Below, piece after piece: positions 1-12,242 of a stretch of DNA of 64,000 bases. The stretch's first letter is position 1; each line of letters begins with the position of its first letter. The notes beneath the pieces were generated by a model. The model ran no database searches, was not told where the DNA came from, and was given only the letters and a program-made list of their open reading frames with translations. A program made the translations under genes and the position numbers. This DNA is from Setoptus koraiensis (taxonomy: Eukaryota; Animalia; Arthropoda), in NCBI GenBank assembly GCA_048013815.1, contig CM106586.1, forward strand, positions 22,568,001 through 22,632,000, read 5' to 3'.

Positions 1-463
1 TCCCGTTATACAACCTAAACATGAGCGAAATCAATTTGAAGCATTGAGGCATCGACGTGAAGGCTGCGTCATCATAGAGCATATCTCTAATGAAATGTTT
101 TCTGTCTAGAGCGCCTCTTAGAAAACATTCTCTATAATCGAACTCTTCTTTGCTGTTGAAAATGAAATTGAGTCCTCGTTCCTTGAGTAGTTGCCTCTTT
201 AGGCGGCCCACTTTGACTAACAAATTTGAGGTGCGTCGACCTAGGATAGCATGATAAAGGAATTGTTTCTTGTTTTGGACGGACGCCTGTTTGTGAAGCA
301 CAGAATTGTCACCATGACTCGGCGATTCCTCATAGATTTCGATCAGATCCAACAGAAATTTGTCGTCCAATTTATCGTCAGGTGCATCGAGCAGGTACTG
401 GTACAACTGCCTCTGATTGGTAGTGTTGTCCGGCCTAATCGGACTTGGAGCCAGTATATTCAT
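1..463 (-). CDS. Partial ORF of unknown function running off the window start
   Basis: Manual translation from ATG at 463: MNILAPSPIRPDNTTNQRQLYQYLLDAPDDKLDDKFLLDLIEIY...KLISLMFRLYNG. There is no stop before position 1, so the ORF track omits it. The frame is also open upstream to 565, directly after a TAG that could be a splice acceptor. No motif recognised. Confidence 0.45.
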   Translation of the reverse strand, partial: MNILAPSPIRPDNTTNQRQLYQYLLDAPDDKLDDKFLLDLIEIYEESPSHGDNSVLHKQASVQNKKQFLYHAILGRRTSNLLVKVGRLKRQLLKERGLNFIFNSKEEFDYRECFLRGALDRKHFIRDMLYDDAAFTSMPQCFKLISLMFRLYNG

Positions 464-1316
464 CGCCGATATAATCTCCTGGTTTGTTTCTCCTGTTGAA
501 GGTGGTGGCGAAACGAACTCATGATAGACAATTGCAGAAATGATAGACGGTTCAGCAAAATATTTCTATAATCCGAATTCAACGCACTAAATGTACACAC
601 GCACGCACACAAACAAACACACACACGCACGCACGCACACACACACACACACACTAACACAATGCTGAAAATTTTTCGTCCAAACTCTTCTGTGTGTGCG
701 AGCGCTGCCTTATCGGTTCAATTTTAGAACTATCCGCGACCACCATTGCAACGACCGCAGCCTTGGGTATATTCTCGCTCACGCCAATGCCCGAGTTATA
801 AAATTCACTGTGCTGCACGAAAGCACAGAAAGTGCAACAATTGCATTTGTGCGCGCGGAAACACATGCTGGGCAGTGACGGCCAGCCGACCATGCAAAAT
901 GCTGCGAGCCGGGCGTTAGTCTGGATCATGTGCTCCAACAGATTTTGGTGTGCATCTCTGCTATGCATAGCGAAAATCGCCGCACCATTATTACTGCAAG
1001 TCGAATGTTTGGTAGTCTACACCCTGATGAATTTCTCTAGAATAAATGTGTGCGGTATTTGGACTAGCTAGCTCATTCATCAGTCGAATCTTCAACAGGA
1101 GTGACAATAGGTGGCGTTTAGACACATCTACATGTATTTACTATTCATCGATCAGTTTATTCATCCTACGTGTAATCTACACATCTTAACAACATTATCA
1201 CATTTATACACCATTGGAAACCACTACGCCATTACAGAATCGGCTACTATCCAATAACAACAATATCATCATAATTATTATTATTATCATATTAGTTTAA
1301 TTATACCGGAGAAAAA

Positions 1317-1967
1317 ATGAACATATTCCGTTTGTTTGGTGATCTATCCCATTTATTGGCCGTCATTATATTACTTCAAAAAATATGGAAGTCACGATCA
1401 TGTGCTGGAATCTCCGGCAAAAGTCAAGTGTTGTTCGCACTTGTATACACGTGTCGTTATCTGGATTTATTTACTGATTTCATTTCATTATATAACACAA
1501 TCATGAAGATTATATTTATAGCATCCTCTTATGCGACAATCTATCTAATTTATCATAAATTCAAAACAACATATGCAAAGGCCCAGGATACATTTCGCAT
1601 CGAATATATATTGGGCGCAGTTTTTCTCTTTGCATTGGTTATCCACGAGAGAGGTACTAATAGGTCAATTATCTTAGAAATTCTTTGGACACTATCTATT
1701 TATTTGGAGGCAGTCGCCATTCTTCCGCAATTATTTATGATTACGAAAACAGGAGAGGCCGAAACCATCACTTCTCATTATTTATTCTGCCTTGGAATTT
1801 ATAGGGGTCTATACATTTTGAATTGGATATACCGTTACTATTTCGAAGGCTTTCATGAGTGGATAGTAATTCTTGCTGGAGTACTACAAACTGTATTGTA
1901 TTGTGACTTTTTCTATTTATATATAACCAAGGTGGTGAGAGGAAATAGGCTGAGATTGCCAGCGTAA
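1317..1967 (+). CDS. KDELR: ER lumen protein-retaining (KDEL) receptor, intronless, 216 aa
   Basis: [15 protein letters not shown]...[24 protein letters not shown]...[14 protein letters not shown]...[20 protein letters not shown]...LYCDFFYLY are hallmark ERD2/KDELR motifs. Confidence 0.97.
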   Translation: MNIFRLFGDLSHLLAVIILLQKIWKSRSCAGISGKSQVLFALVYTCRYLDLFTDFISLYNTIMKIIFIASSYATIYLIYHKFKTTYAKAQDTFRIEYILGAVFLFALVIHERGTNRSIILEILWTLSIYLEAVAILPQLFMITKTGEAETITSHYLFCLGIYRGLYILNWIYRYYFEGFHEWIVILAGVLQTVLYCDFFYLYITKVVRGNRLRLPA

Positions 1968-2007
1968 ATTATCGCACGTCCAGCATATTAATAAAGCAAG
2001 AATTCGA

Positions 2008-4136
2008 TTAATAAAGTGCAGTTTGTTCATTCTTGATGGCAGTTTGTTCATTCTTGATGGCAGTTTGTTCATACTTGATGGCAGTTTGTTCATACTTGAT
2101 GGCAGTTTGTTCATTCTTGATGGCAGTTTGTGCAACTTCCGATCCTCTGGAAGACGCGTTGCTACTTCCAGCAGAAGGTTGAGTTTTCAATCCTATCAGA
2201 TGCTTGGTACAATCGAGAGCATATTGGAGACGTCGGTAAAGATCAGACGTAGCACCATGTTCCATGAGGAGATCAAACCGATACGTGCGAAATTCATTGT
2301 TAGAATTTACTATAGTACATGCGCCTAGAAGTGGGCATAGGATCAGCTTGATGTGGTCAAAGAAGTGAACTTGCAACGTTCCGTTAGTCAGATAGAAGAC
2401 TAGACTTTGTTTAGTTCTGAACCACCTCATAACGTAAGGCAGTCTAGCCATGCCTTCCTCTTCTCTTGGTTTAGTTCCAGTGTTTGCGAGATATTTGCTC
2501 ATATAATTTCTAAAATATTTCAATAGATCCACCTTTTTACCCAAGTGTTTAGGAGGAGAAGTCATTTTAAAAAAGTGTTCGGCGCCTGTTGCGTCAACGT
2601 ATTGAAGTTGATTTTCATCTTCAGTTGCCAGCATGATAAGTCTTGTTTGATCATTGAAAAGGACGCAGTAACTGTTATCACACAATGCATAACCGAGGCC
2701 ATAGCGATCACTGAAATCAACCCATTTGCTGATCCAGTAGATAGGACTTGACATTGGATCTTCAGCTTCGTAGGATGAAATAGAGATGCGACGCAGTAGC
2801 TTCTTTTTCGAGACCACATTGGTCAGCTGATGCATGAGGTTCTTGAGATTTGCATCTTCTGAGCAATTTTCAGGATGAGGACGCTTCCTGTAAGGAGAAT
2901 TGGAAATTGGTATCTTGGAATGGGCTCTAGGTGACCCAACAAATTTGGAACTCTTAGTATCACCGTCAGTGTTTGTGACAGCATTGAGAGGTTGCCGTTT
3001 CGGTGACCCAGGGGGAGAAGTTTTAATGTTGGAGATAGCATTTGAGAATGTATTTCCAAAATCTCTCGGTAGCATAGAAAGACGTCCGGTTTGACTGCGA
3101 GGGGCAGTTGTCAAGCATGAGGTGGGTAATGTCCTCGGGATGTAATTATTAATTAAATATGGATTGTTGAGTATTGAAGTCATAGTTGGTCGCTCTGTGG
3201 GCTCTGCTCTCAACATGGATTCGATGAATTCACTCAAGGGGCGACTAAGTGTGGATGGTATGTGATATTGATTCTCTTTGATTCTTTTGTATGTGTCCTG
3301 TAGATCTGTAGTCTCAAAAGGGGGCTTGCCCACTGCTAGAGTAAATACGATGCACCCTAGCGACCAAACATCAACTTGATAGCTGTGTCCTATCTTGAGT
3401 AGAATCTCAGGCGCTAGATAGTTTGGTGTTCCGCACAATGTATACTTTCGATCATTTTCACTGTCTATTCTGGTAGCTAGACCAAAGTCGCCCAATTTAA
3501 TATCCATGGAGTCATTGATGAATATGTTACCTAGTTTAAGATCGCGATGTATAATTTTATAGTTGTGTAAATGTAGACAGGCCTCGGCTATTTGACGCAC
3601 ATAGTACCTAATTTCCGGTTCCGAAAGAGTCTTTCTACGACGGTGTAGCTCCATCATTGATTTTTTGTTGCATAGCTCCAAAATGATGTAGATATTTTCT
3701 TTGTCTTCAAAGAAGGAATAAAACTTGACAACGTGCTTGTGATTGATATTCCTGTGAATCTCTATCTCTTGCATCATCTTTTGCTTTTGGCCAGATTTTG
3801 TCAGTTGTGATTTAGATATAACTTTTCCGGCAAACTTGACATTGGTCTCTTGGTCGAGGAGTTCATAACAACGCGCAAATCCACCCTATAGTATGAATGT
3901 CATTGAGATGTGCGAGTTCCGACGACAAGATTTTAGCGTAATGATGAGGATAAAACAAAATTAGTATAGTAGTGAAGAGTTGAGGGAACTTGTTGATTGT
4001 GTAGCCATGTTAAACTAACCTTGCCAAGAAACTCTCCCTTCTTATAGGTGCGCCCATTCCTATTGTCTATAACAATGTCGGGTACTTTGATCTCGATTTT
4101 GGCCGAAGTAGACACGGCTTTCTTTCGTCCATTCAT
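2008..4136 (-). CDS. polo: Polo-like kinase 1, two exons (4136-4020, 3885-2008), ~664 aa
   Basis: Exon 1 ends ...KGEFLGK|GTTAGT and exon 2 starts TATAG|GGFARCYE (134-bp GT-AG intron, 4019-3886). Kinase motifs HRDLKLGN, DFGLA and TLCGTPNYLAPE. Polo boxes WISKWVDFSDRYGLGY and WFRTKQSLVFYLTNGTLQVHFFDHIKLILCP. Confidence 0.96.
2018..2131. repeat. 21-bp tandem repeat (GCAGTTTGTTCAT[T/A]CTTGATG) x5.4 inside the PLK1 3' end
   Basis: Units start at 2018, 2039, 2060, 2081 and 2102, with a partial unit at 2123. They encode TAIK(N/Y)EQ repeats on the minus strand. Confidence 0.95.
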
Positions 4137-4448
4137 ATTGATAATGATTATGATTGTTTAAGAATTGATGATGAGGATGATGATGATGATGATGGTGATG
4201 TAATAGTGATGTGAGTGTGAGCTGGACGGAGATTGAGATCAATTAAAGTAGATTACACTTATTTATCCATTTGATGAAAACGTCTCCTGTCTGACCCGAA
4301 ACTAACTCTCACACTGACAAATCAAACGCTTTTTCTGGTTTGTGCGTGTGTGTGTGTGCGTGTTGTTTGTGTGTTTTGGGGCTGCTTTGTTACTGTTGGC
4401 CCACGAAACTAAAAGTTCCAACCGAAAGAGCGCACTTTTTTACGAGTT

Positions 4449-4505
4449 GTACGCATGCGCCCCAAGCCACAGGCGCTAATTTTTAAAATGACGAACGTTT
4501 TCGAA
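4449..4505. promoter_or_regulatory. Candidate elements in the polo/E(Pc) divergent promoter
   Basis: TACGCATGCGC at ~4450-4460 resembles the NRF1/Ewg site. TTCGAA at 4500-4505 resembles a CHR variant. Motif resemblance only. Confidence 0.25.
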
Positions 4506-5039
4506 AGCAGCGCCACCCATGTTTCACTCATGCGCAGAATATACCGAAAAATGCGCCCTTTCAGTTATACGGTTTCGAGATCGAACAGCAACAAAGACAT
4601 ACCAACAGACGCATGGACACACAAGCACAGAGAGCGAGAGCGAGAAAAACACACAAGCGTTTCATTCGGTCAATGCGAGGGAGACAGAGGGAGACGTCAA
4701 ACCCATGCCCAGATTTGCACACTATTATACTAGTACACAGTCGCACAACCAAACGCACACAAAACATATCAATACTTACATTTGCACTCACATGTTAGCT
4801 TCTATAAGGACACACACGCACATACACACAGGCACACAAAAACAGCCACACAAAATACTAAAATGAAGAAATAGGATAATTACATAGATTGTGGAGGATA
4901 AGGACTCAAACCAAAGACCACCTTATATATATATATATATTATTATATATACATATATTTATATATGTATAAATATATATAGATATTTAGATAGATATTT
5001 CTTTTTATACAATATTTGATATCTACCCCTTGAATCAAG

Positions 5040-6362
5040 ATGACAAGCAAATTGTCATTTAGGTCTAGGGCCTTGGACGCCTCCAAGCCAATGCCCATTT
5101 ACCGGGCCGAGGAAGTGCCCGATTTACCTGACTTCGCAGCTATTAATCGTGGGGTACCACCGCTGCCGTCGGGCATGGAAAAAGAAGAGGAGTGCGAACA
5201 CCACCTCCAGAGGGCCATGTCAGCGCAACAAGCCTTTGGTCACACAGGTGAATTAGTTATCCCTACACCAGATGTTTCCACAGCCCCCAATAAAGACTAT
5301 AGCGACCTCTACCCATCCGACTATGTACTACCAAGGCAGCCGATCCACATGCAATTATTTGCCATCGAGCAAAACTACCCAGATTATGATATGGATTCAG
5401 AAGATGAAGAATATCTTAATAAGACGGCCACCCTTTACCCTGATCTCAATGCCTTAAAATTTGAAACTTTAATGGATAAATTCGAAAAGAATAGTAGTCA
5501 GAATGTCATTCAATTACCTGAGGCTAAATCACTCTCATTAGATGAGGATGAGCAGCGACTTGTTACTGAGATTTATGATTATTGGCTAACCAAAAGGTTG
5601 GGAAACAAGGCCCCTCTAATACCCACTGTTAAAATAGAGAAGCGAGAGGGTGTCGCTTCAAACAATCCATATGTGGCTTTCAGAAGACGGACGGAAAAGA
5701 TGCAAACGAGAAAGAATAGAAAGAATGATGAGACATCATACGAGAAAATGCTCAAACTCAGACGAGATCTCAACCGCGCTGTTAGTTTACTAGATATGGT
5801 TAGAGGAAGAGAGAGGATAAAACGTGAACAGCTAAAGTTAACATTAGACATATTCAAACAAAGATATGAACTAGGTGATTATTCTGGTCAGATAATTGCA
5901 GAAGTTTCTGCACGCCCCTCAACTAAGAACAATGGTCACGGACCTGGACGCAAGAAGCGCGAGTACCGCAAACGAAACAGATCAAAAGTCAACGAAGAAT
6001 TTGGATCTGGTAGTTCCGACAATGAGGCTACATCTGATCAGGAACAAGATGCCCCCGATGGAGCTTATACTTTCAGGCGTAAGAGGGGATGTTATTACCA
6101 TGCTCCCCGTGATGACATCGGGAATTGGCCCTGGTGCTCGCCTTATCAAGGCGGACTTGGTCAAGAAAAATATCGTTATCGTGTTACTTATGTTGATGTA
6201 AAATGTGTAGGTTACGCTAGGAGGAGGTTCGGGCGCGGCGGTCGTATAATAATTGATCGGGCGCACTCCCCTGATGAACGCATAGATATTGACGTCTTCA
6301 GCGCAGATGAGGCTGATTTGGATTATGAAGCGGAAGACTGTACACATGACTTCCGATCCTGA
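5040..6362 (+). CDS. E(Pc): Enhancer of polycomb (NuA4/Tip60 subunit), short form, 440 aa
   Basis: MTSKLSFRSRALDASKPMPIY, GMEKEEECEHHLQRA, YDMDSEDE, NNPYVAFRRRTEKMQTRKNRKNDETSYEKMLKLRRDL and GRGGRIIIDRAH match EPC1/E(Pc). Confidence 0.96.
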   Translation: MTSKLSFRSRALDASKPMPIYRAEEVPDLPDFAAINRGVPPLPSGMEKEEECEHHLQRAMSAQQAFGHTGELVIPTPDVSTAPNKDYSDLYPSDYVLPRQPIHMQLFAIEQNYPDYDMDSEDEEYLNKTATLYPDLNALKFETLMDKFEKNSSQNVIQLPEAKSLSLDEDEQRLVTEIYDYWLTKRLGNKAPLIPTVKIEKREGVASNNPYVAFRRRTEKMQTRKNRKNDETSYEKMLKLRRDLNRAVSLLDMVRGRERIKREQLKLTLDIFKQRYELGDYSGQIIAEVSARPSTKNNGHGPGRKKREYRKRNRSKVNEEFGSGSSDNEATSDQEQDAPDGAYTFRRKRGCYYHAPRDDIGNWPWCSPYQGGLGQEKYRYRVTYVDVKCVGYARRRFGRGGRIIIDRAHSPDERIDIDVFSADEADLDYEAEDCTHDFRS

Positions 6363-7203
6363 TCTGGATTGATTTAACCCTAACAATGCATACAGTGTCA
6401 CTGTTGCACACGCCCCCATATAAATAGTTTTTTAGTACATTATTCTCCTTAATTAACTTTCGCAGTATCTCCTGATCGTGTATTTGACTCGATCCTTCTG
6501 ACTTCTCTTCGCATGCTACGGCACAGTACAATAGACTACAGTGAGGTCGGGTATCTTGAAAATCATCTTCTTGGGTCATTCTGGATGCGAAACGTTCTAT
6601 CACAGGTTTGATTGTATCACGAAGACGCTCGAATGAGTCGTTGGGACATTTTGCAGGTCTTGCTAAATTAAGGAAACACTTGGTGGATTCTTGATTGAGG
6701 AATAATTCAATATCACTTAAAACAATGTTAAACTGTTGTATATTGGCACACGTTTCTCTCAGTTGATCAATGAGAGGCCTTATTTCATGGTAGCGCACAA
6801 CCCTATGTCCGCGTATAACAGAAATGTGAGGTTCGGGTATTTTGTGCCAGCATGTTTTAGGCTTGATGAAGGCATGGCATTTGTCGCCACAAGTTGCTGA
6901 TGTCTGACAAAGCGTTTCATTGGGCTTGTCCAAATGAGACTCACTAATTCGACTATCGCCGGGCTCACACAATTTTTGAGAGTTGATCACTTCTTCGACA
7001 ACGTCTTCAAGTAATTCAATACTGTCATCATCATCTATTGTAATCCTACAATGGCAAATAAATTGACCATGCTCTTGATCAAACGCCAACCTACCTCTAT
7101 CCATAGCTAAGGAGCTGTGCTGTTGATTTGAATCATGTAAACGATCTCCAACGGTCTCTTCTGTTTTACATTCACTGTTGCTTTGGTCTTGATAAAAGTG
7201 CAT
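6298..7203 (-). CDS. USB1: U6 snRNA phosphodiesterase (2H phosphoesterase), 301 aa
   Basis: Two HxS catalytic motifs (PHISV, PHCSL). N-terminal GRLAFDQEHGQFICH and C-terminal IQIRIGSHVYSLPL resemble USB1/Mpn1. Confidence 0.8.
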   Translation of the reverse strand: MHFYQDQSNSECKTEETVGDRLHDSNQQHSSLAMDRGRLAFDQEHGQFICHCRITIDDDDSIELLEDVVEEVINSQKLCEPGDSRISESHLDKPNETLCQTSATCGDKCHAFIKPKTCWHKIPEPHISVIRGHRVVRYHEIRPLIDQLRETCANIQQFNIVLSDIELFLNQESTKCFLNLARPAKCPNDSFERLRDTIKPVIERFASRMTQEDDFQDTRPHCSLLYCAVACEEKSEGSSQIHDQEILRKLIKENNVLKNYLYGGVCNSDTVCIVRVKSIQIRIGSHVYSLPLHNPNQPHLR

Positions 7204-8249
7204 TACTACTATTTGGATAATTTAATATGGATTATATCACATGCATGTGGAGAGGGATCCATTACTAACATGAGTGCGACGGTTGACTACACACACGCAC
7301 GACGAGTAAGTCGTTGAGGCAACAAAGTTGCAATCCACTATGGACTTGTTAGCCTGAGTTGTTTGCCGTTGATATAGGGTGTCTCAATCAAGTGACCGAA
7401 TTGATTGGATCTGTGCTATGCCATACTCACACACAGTGTGAGCCTTGTACGGGGCATTTTGAAAAAATGATCACTGTCTGCTACGCAAGCACAGATTGTT
7501 CTCTGAACTCTGAACTGCATCAGACACACTCAACGAACTGCTAGTGGCACAAGACACAACTTTTTTGGCGTTTTGTAATTTTGCGCAGCGCACACAACAC
7601 TGTTGCATAACTTGCCCTTTCGATCTATACCATTGGAATGCCATCGAGCTAACGAATGTCCACTGCTATGGAACACACTGTGCCGCTCAACAGCACAGGA
7701 CGTTCGAATGCCACCTGTGATGTGCTGCTTGTGCTAGATATTTGTTGTGTGTGTGTGTGTGCTGTGTCACCATACTTGTGTGTTTGTGTCTACCACCAAT
7801 TCGGTAAGTGTACCGTGTGATGGCTTTCCCAAGTTCGTAGCGTCGATGCGAAAAATTTCCTCAAGGGCGGCGCTGCTATGCTTTCTTTAAATGGCACGAG
7901 AGAAGTGAGCCCATTCCAAGAATAACCACACATTTAACAGGAGTATGAGAACGCCTACGCTACTCTATGCAATGAATAATACAATAAAGGAAAGAAACAT
8001 ATTAACAAAACACTCCAGCGTTCATGGTGCATCTCGATACGTCTCAAGCACGCCTAGCGGACTTCTTTCGCGCTCATGTTTTTTACATTAGATGGCCGTC
8101 ACACACAAAACATTCAGATCTATTGTGTGTGTGGATTGAAAAAGGAATTATCCACTCATATAGACAACTGTATTGCAGTCAATATTGTTCATTATTATCA
8201 CTATTATTATTTAAAGTATTTAAAAGATTTGATTATCACAATCAACATT

Positions 8250-9674
8250 ATGGATGTAGATGAGGAAGAGCGGAATGCAATGATTAAAAAGTTCGAATCA
8301 TGGCCGAGTAGGGATCAGGTGATTTTTGTACAACAATTATTAGCCCAAATGACTCATAATCAACATAGTTTAATTGATGATGCTCTTAAGCCGATGCTTC
8401 AGAGAGACTTTATAACATTACTACCCCAAAAAGGCTTGGATCATTTAGCCGAAAGAATATTGTCCTATTTGGATGCCCGCACACTCTCTATGTCGTCAGG
8501 TGTTTGTCGTGAATGGCGTCGAGTCATCCAAGACGGTTTTTTATGGCGAAAACTAATTGAACGCAAGGTACGCATTGACCCATTGTGGGCCGGCCTAGCC
8601 AAACATAGAGGCTGGGCGAGATATTTATTTAAACCACCACCTCCATGTCCCTACACAGTACACCAGCGCCTATTCCCGCTTATATTGAAAGATATTGAAT
8701 CCTTGGAACAGCGATGGAAAAGTGGCGAATATAATTTATCAAAAATCAATTGCCGTAGCGAGGGCAGCAAAGGTGTTTATTGTCTACAATATGATGATGA
8801 AAAAATCGTCAGCGGTCTCAGGGATAATACCATAAAAGTTTGGGATAGAACATCATTAAAATGTACCAGGACTTTACAGGGTCACACGGGCTCAGTATTA
8901 TGTTTACAATATGACGATAAGGTGATTGTAAGCGGCTCAAGTGACGCCACCGTTAGAGTTTGGGACGCCAACAATGGATCGCAACCACTAAACACTGTTA
9001 TTCAACATAGTGAGGCAGTTTTACATTTAAGATTCAATGATGGTATGATGGTCACATGCTCAAAGGATCGTTCCATTGTCGTCTGGGACATGGTGTCACC
9101 AAATCATATCAAAGTTCGGCAAATTTTAGTCGGACATAGGGCCGCTGTTAATGTTGTTGATTTTGATGAAAAATATATTGTATCCGCCTCTGGTGATCGC
9201 AGTATTAAAGTGTGGAATACCAGCAATTGCGAATATGTCAAAACATTAAATGGCCATCGACGTGGTATAGCATGTTTACAGTACAGAGACAGATTAGTGG
9301 TCAGTGGTAGCTCGGACAATACAATCAGGTTGTGGGACATCGAATCTGGCCAATGCATTAGAGTATTAGAGGGTCATGATGAATTAGTGAGATGTATAAG
9401 ATTTGATAATCGACGCATAGTGAGTGGGGCCTATGATGGCAAAATCAAAGTATGGGACCTTAAAGCCGCTTTGGATGAAGAAGTGCCAGCATCAGCATTA
9501 TGTATAAAGACCTTGATCAGACACACTGGACGTGTTTTTAGATTACAGTTTGATGAATTCCAAATAGTCAGTAGCTCCCATGATGATACCATACTTATTT
9601 GGGATTTCTTAGAGGAAAAACCTCACACCGTTGAACCTCCATCAGCCATCAATACTACTACATGTACTCCATGA
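8250..9674 (+). CDS. slmb: beta-TrCP/Slimb F-box WD40 protein, intronless, ~474 aa from the in-frame ATG at 8250
   Basis: [28 protein letters not shown]-box, seven WD40 repeats ([25 protein letters not shown] ... [30 protein letters not shown]). The ORF is also open from ATG 8076, but that part looks non-conserved. Confidence 0.97.
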   Translation: MDVDEEERNAMIKKFESWPSRDQVIFVQQLLAQMTHNQHSLIDDALKPMLQRDFITLLPQKGLDHLAERILSYLDARTLSMSSGVCREWRRVIQDGFLWRKLIERKVRIDPLWAGLAKHRGWARYLFKPPPPCPYTVHQRLFPLILKDIESLEQRWKSGEYNLSKINCRSEGSKGVYCLQYDDEKIVSGLRDNTIKVWDRTSLKCTRTLQGHTGSVLCLQYDDKVIVSGSSDATVRVWDANNGSQPLNTVIQHSEAVLHLRFNDGMMVTCSKDRSIVVWDMVSPNHIKVRQILVGHRAAVNVVDFDEKYIVSASGDRSIKVWNTSNCEYVKTLNGHRRGIACLQYRDRLVVSGSSDNTIRLWDIESGQCIRVLEGHDELVRCIRFDNRRIVSGAYDGKIKVWDLKAALDEEVPASALCIKTLIRHTGRVFRLQFDEFQIVSSSHDDTILIWDFLEEKPHTVEPPSAINTTTCTP

Positions 9675-10155
9675 CAACAGACAAAATTTATCGCACACAT
9701 TATATAACACTTAACTGTCTTAAAACACTTTACAATTAAATGAATGGACAAGAAATGAACAACAAGTTTTTCATTGAGATGATTTTCGATTCTTTTATTA
9801 ACTTATAACTAGATTTATTTACTTCCTCTCTCAAAATAATTATTGTAATGATAATTACGTCATTTGTCTTCTTACAATATGATAATATCATGTTAATAAA
9901 TTTGTTTCTAGGATATAGACTGAACAGATCTCACTTGTTAAAGATCTCATCATGACTTCATTTTTGACCATCCTAATTATATACATCATTCTTGAAGAAT
10001 TCCTACCAGTGATACGTATGAAGTTTCGTGAAGGTGATATATTGATCGAATCGCTTGCGAAATTGTTTCCATGGTATATGAGGAACGTGTGTTCATGGCC
10101 AGACATTTTTGTTCCACTTCATACATATATAATAGTTTAGGTGTATAGTAATTAA

Positions 10156-12242
10156 TCAATCAGTCTTTTTCTCCCTCTTGGATTTTGTAGTTTTGACTGA
10201 TTCTGATGGCTCTATCATTCTCGGTGAGGCAGAGTCAAGTCTGCTTTGCTCGACTGCCGCCAAATCTTCTCCACTTATGCCAAATTCGTTTACACGCTTC
10301 GGGTCAACACGGTAGATCCATTTTTGATATAAAAATATTATGAACACAATATCATCTCGGAAACACCCCAATCTATACATCATGGGCATCTTGATGACAA
10401 ATGCGAATATATCATCTATGAATGTGTTCAAAAATTTATAGGTCAGCATGCGCCAGGGAAGATGAGCTACAGACTTCATTTTGTAGTTTATGAATAGCTG
10501 TGGAGTCATCATAATGAACCCAAATGCTAAAAGGAAACCATATATCATATTCAAAACAAATGAATACCATCCTTTGTGCTCTTGGTATAGTAATGAGTAG
10601 ACCGCGTATGCGGCGAACAGCGGAAATATTAACCACGATAAATACTTGTAAGCCATCTAAATGTTCGAAACGAAATGCAAAAAAGTATTGGGATAATTAA
10701 TTATGTTGATAGTAGAATATTCAACGAAGTTTTAGAGCTAGGATTTTCACATACCTGATCATAGATCTTGGTAGAAGATTCTACGTAGGAGCCTTTGTTT
10801 GAAATGGAAACTCTAGGAAAAATGCCTAGAATTTTAGAGCTTCTATCTACATGTATGTTGACTACTTTGGGGATTTTCCAACATTCGATTAATAGACCAA
10901 CCCCAACCGATATTTTGATGAGAGTGTTTGTATCGTTGTCTAGAACATACAAAAATACAATCACGGATTGGAATACATTGAAGAAGACAGAACGCACAGA
11001 GAGACCCTCCAATGACTTGCGATCTTTCCAAAATTGAATATCATTCTTGAAAGCTAGAAACTCAAATATCGAATGAGTTATGGACACTACTATGGTTAGT
11101 CCCAACAAAATGGGTGATGTTTCAAGGAGAGCCTCCTTGATATAATCTTGTTCCTCTTCATTCTCTAGGGCCTCCGTTCCAAGCATCTTGGACCATTTGT
11201 TTCTCATGCCCTGGGCAGCATACATGTTCCACTTGATCGTGGACAAGGGTTGGTATGTCAAACTCAAACTAATGCTATCCACAGTGTCATTGATAGGCTG
11301 ATAATCTCTGAGCAGATTCCAGTAATCATTGACATAGACGATAGGATAGTATTTACCTGTATTTGGTTCAAATTCGATATACTCATCGTATGGCTGTGGC
11401 ACCTGGCCTTGTATCCATGTTGTCGCCGAATCGTAAACTACATTGACAGTGAGATTTGGATGCCAATGAGATATAATTTCTTCGTTGATTTTCAATTTGA
11501 TCTTTTCTTGCTCTTCAATACTCTTATCCGTCTTGCCAGTCAAAAGATTGTGGGTATCCTTATATCTACGCTTCTTGTAACGATTCAATTGTTTTGACTT
11601 GTGTAGCGTATATATGGAATTGTAAGGTGCTTTCCTAGTGACAGAGACTTTTGATATTTCATATGGCAAATAACCTGATCTAACTAGATATGTGTGCAAC
11701 CAGATGGAGCCATTATTTTTGACTCTCTGTGATAGTTTAATATCAAAAGTAGAGGTAAATATTGAATCATGATTTGGCCCCTGAGTCCAATCATCATAGT
11801 GTATATTGCGCTTAACCCATTTGAGTTCGCTAGCATCATCGAAATTTGGCTCAAATTTGTTCTCCGATACATAGGCATAAAAGTCAAGTGACATGCCATG
11901 AGTAAAAATATTGGTCGACGGAGTTGCTTTGGATGCAGTGGCAGATTTCGGATCACCGACTGAATTTGTTGGTGCTTTTGGAGGCATAAAAAATCTGATA
12001 CCACTAGTGAATGCCCAAACGATCAGCATTCGCATAATCACACTTCTGATCATGACCACAAAACTAAATGGCTGCTGCTGGGCCGGTGGGGCTCTGGTTT
12101 CACTTACGGCCTGGCCTGCGGCCGACTGATCATTGGTTTGTGCTTCATTGTTTCCGGCTGGAACGAGAGCTTGGCTCTCATCGGATGACTGGCCAGCTTC
12201 AGGCCGGGACTCCGAGGACGCTTTAGCTTTTCTTCTGTCCAT
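10156..12242 (-). CDS. CLPTM1: CLPTM1 family membrane protein, two exons (12242-10755, 10656-10156), ~662 aa
   Basis: NGSIWLH, EIISHWHPNLT, FEFLAFKNDIQFWKDRKSLEGLSVRS and STKIYDQ|MAYKYLSW across a 98-bp GT-AG intron (10754-10657). Also TPQLFINYKMKSVAHLPWRMLTYKFLNTFIDD and YQKWIYRVDPKRVNEFG. Confidence 0.95.

Noticed and set aside
8076-8249. N-terminal extensions given by the ORF track for slmb (also mRpL38 from 28925, TP53RK from 31603, UQCRFS1 from 63159)
   Set aside because: These segments are low-complexity, UTR-like or start at non-ATG codons. Conserved sequence begins at or after the downstream ATGs used in the feature list.
2008-9674. Functional clustering of polo with slimb/beta-TrCP (Polo-primed phosphodegrons) and E(Pc)
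   Set aside because: The intervening and flanking genes (KDELR, USB1, CLPTM1) are unrelated. Proximity is expected in a gene-dense genome without synteny evidence.
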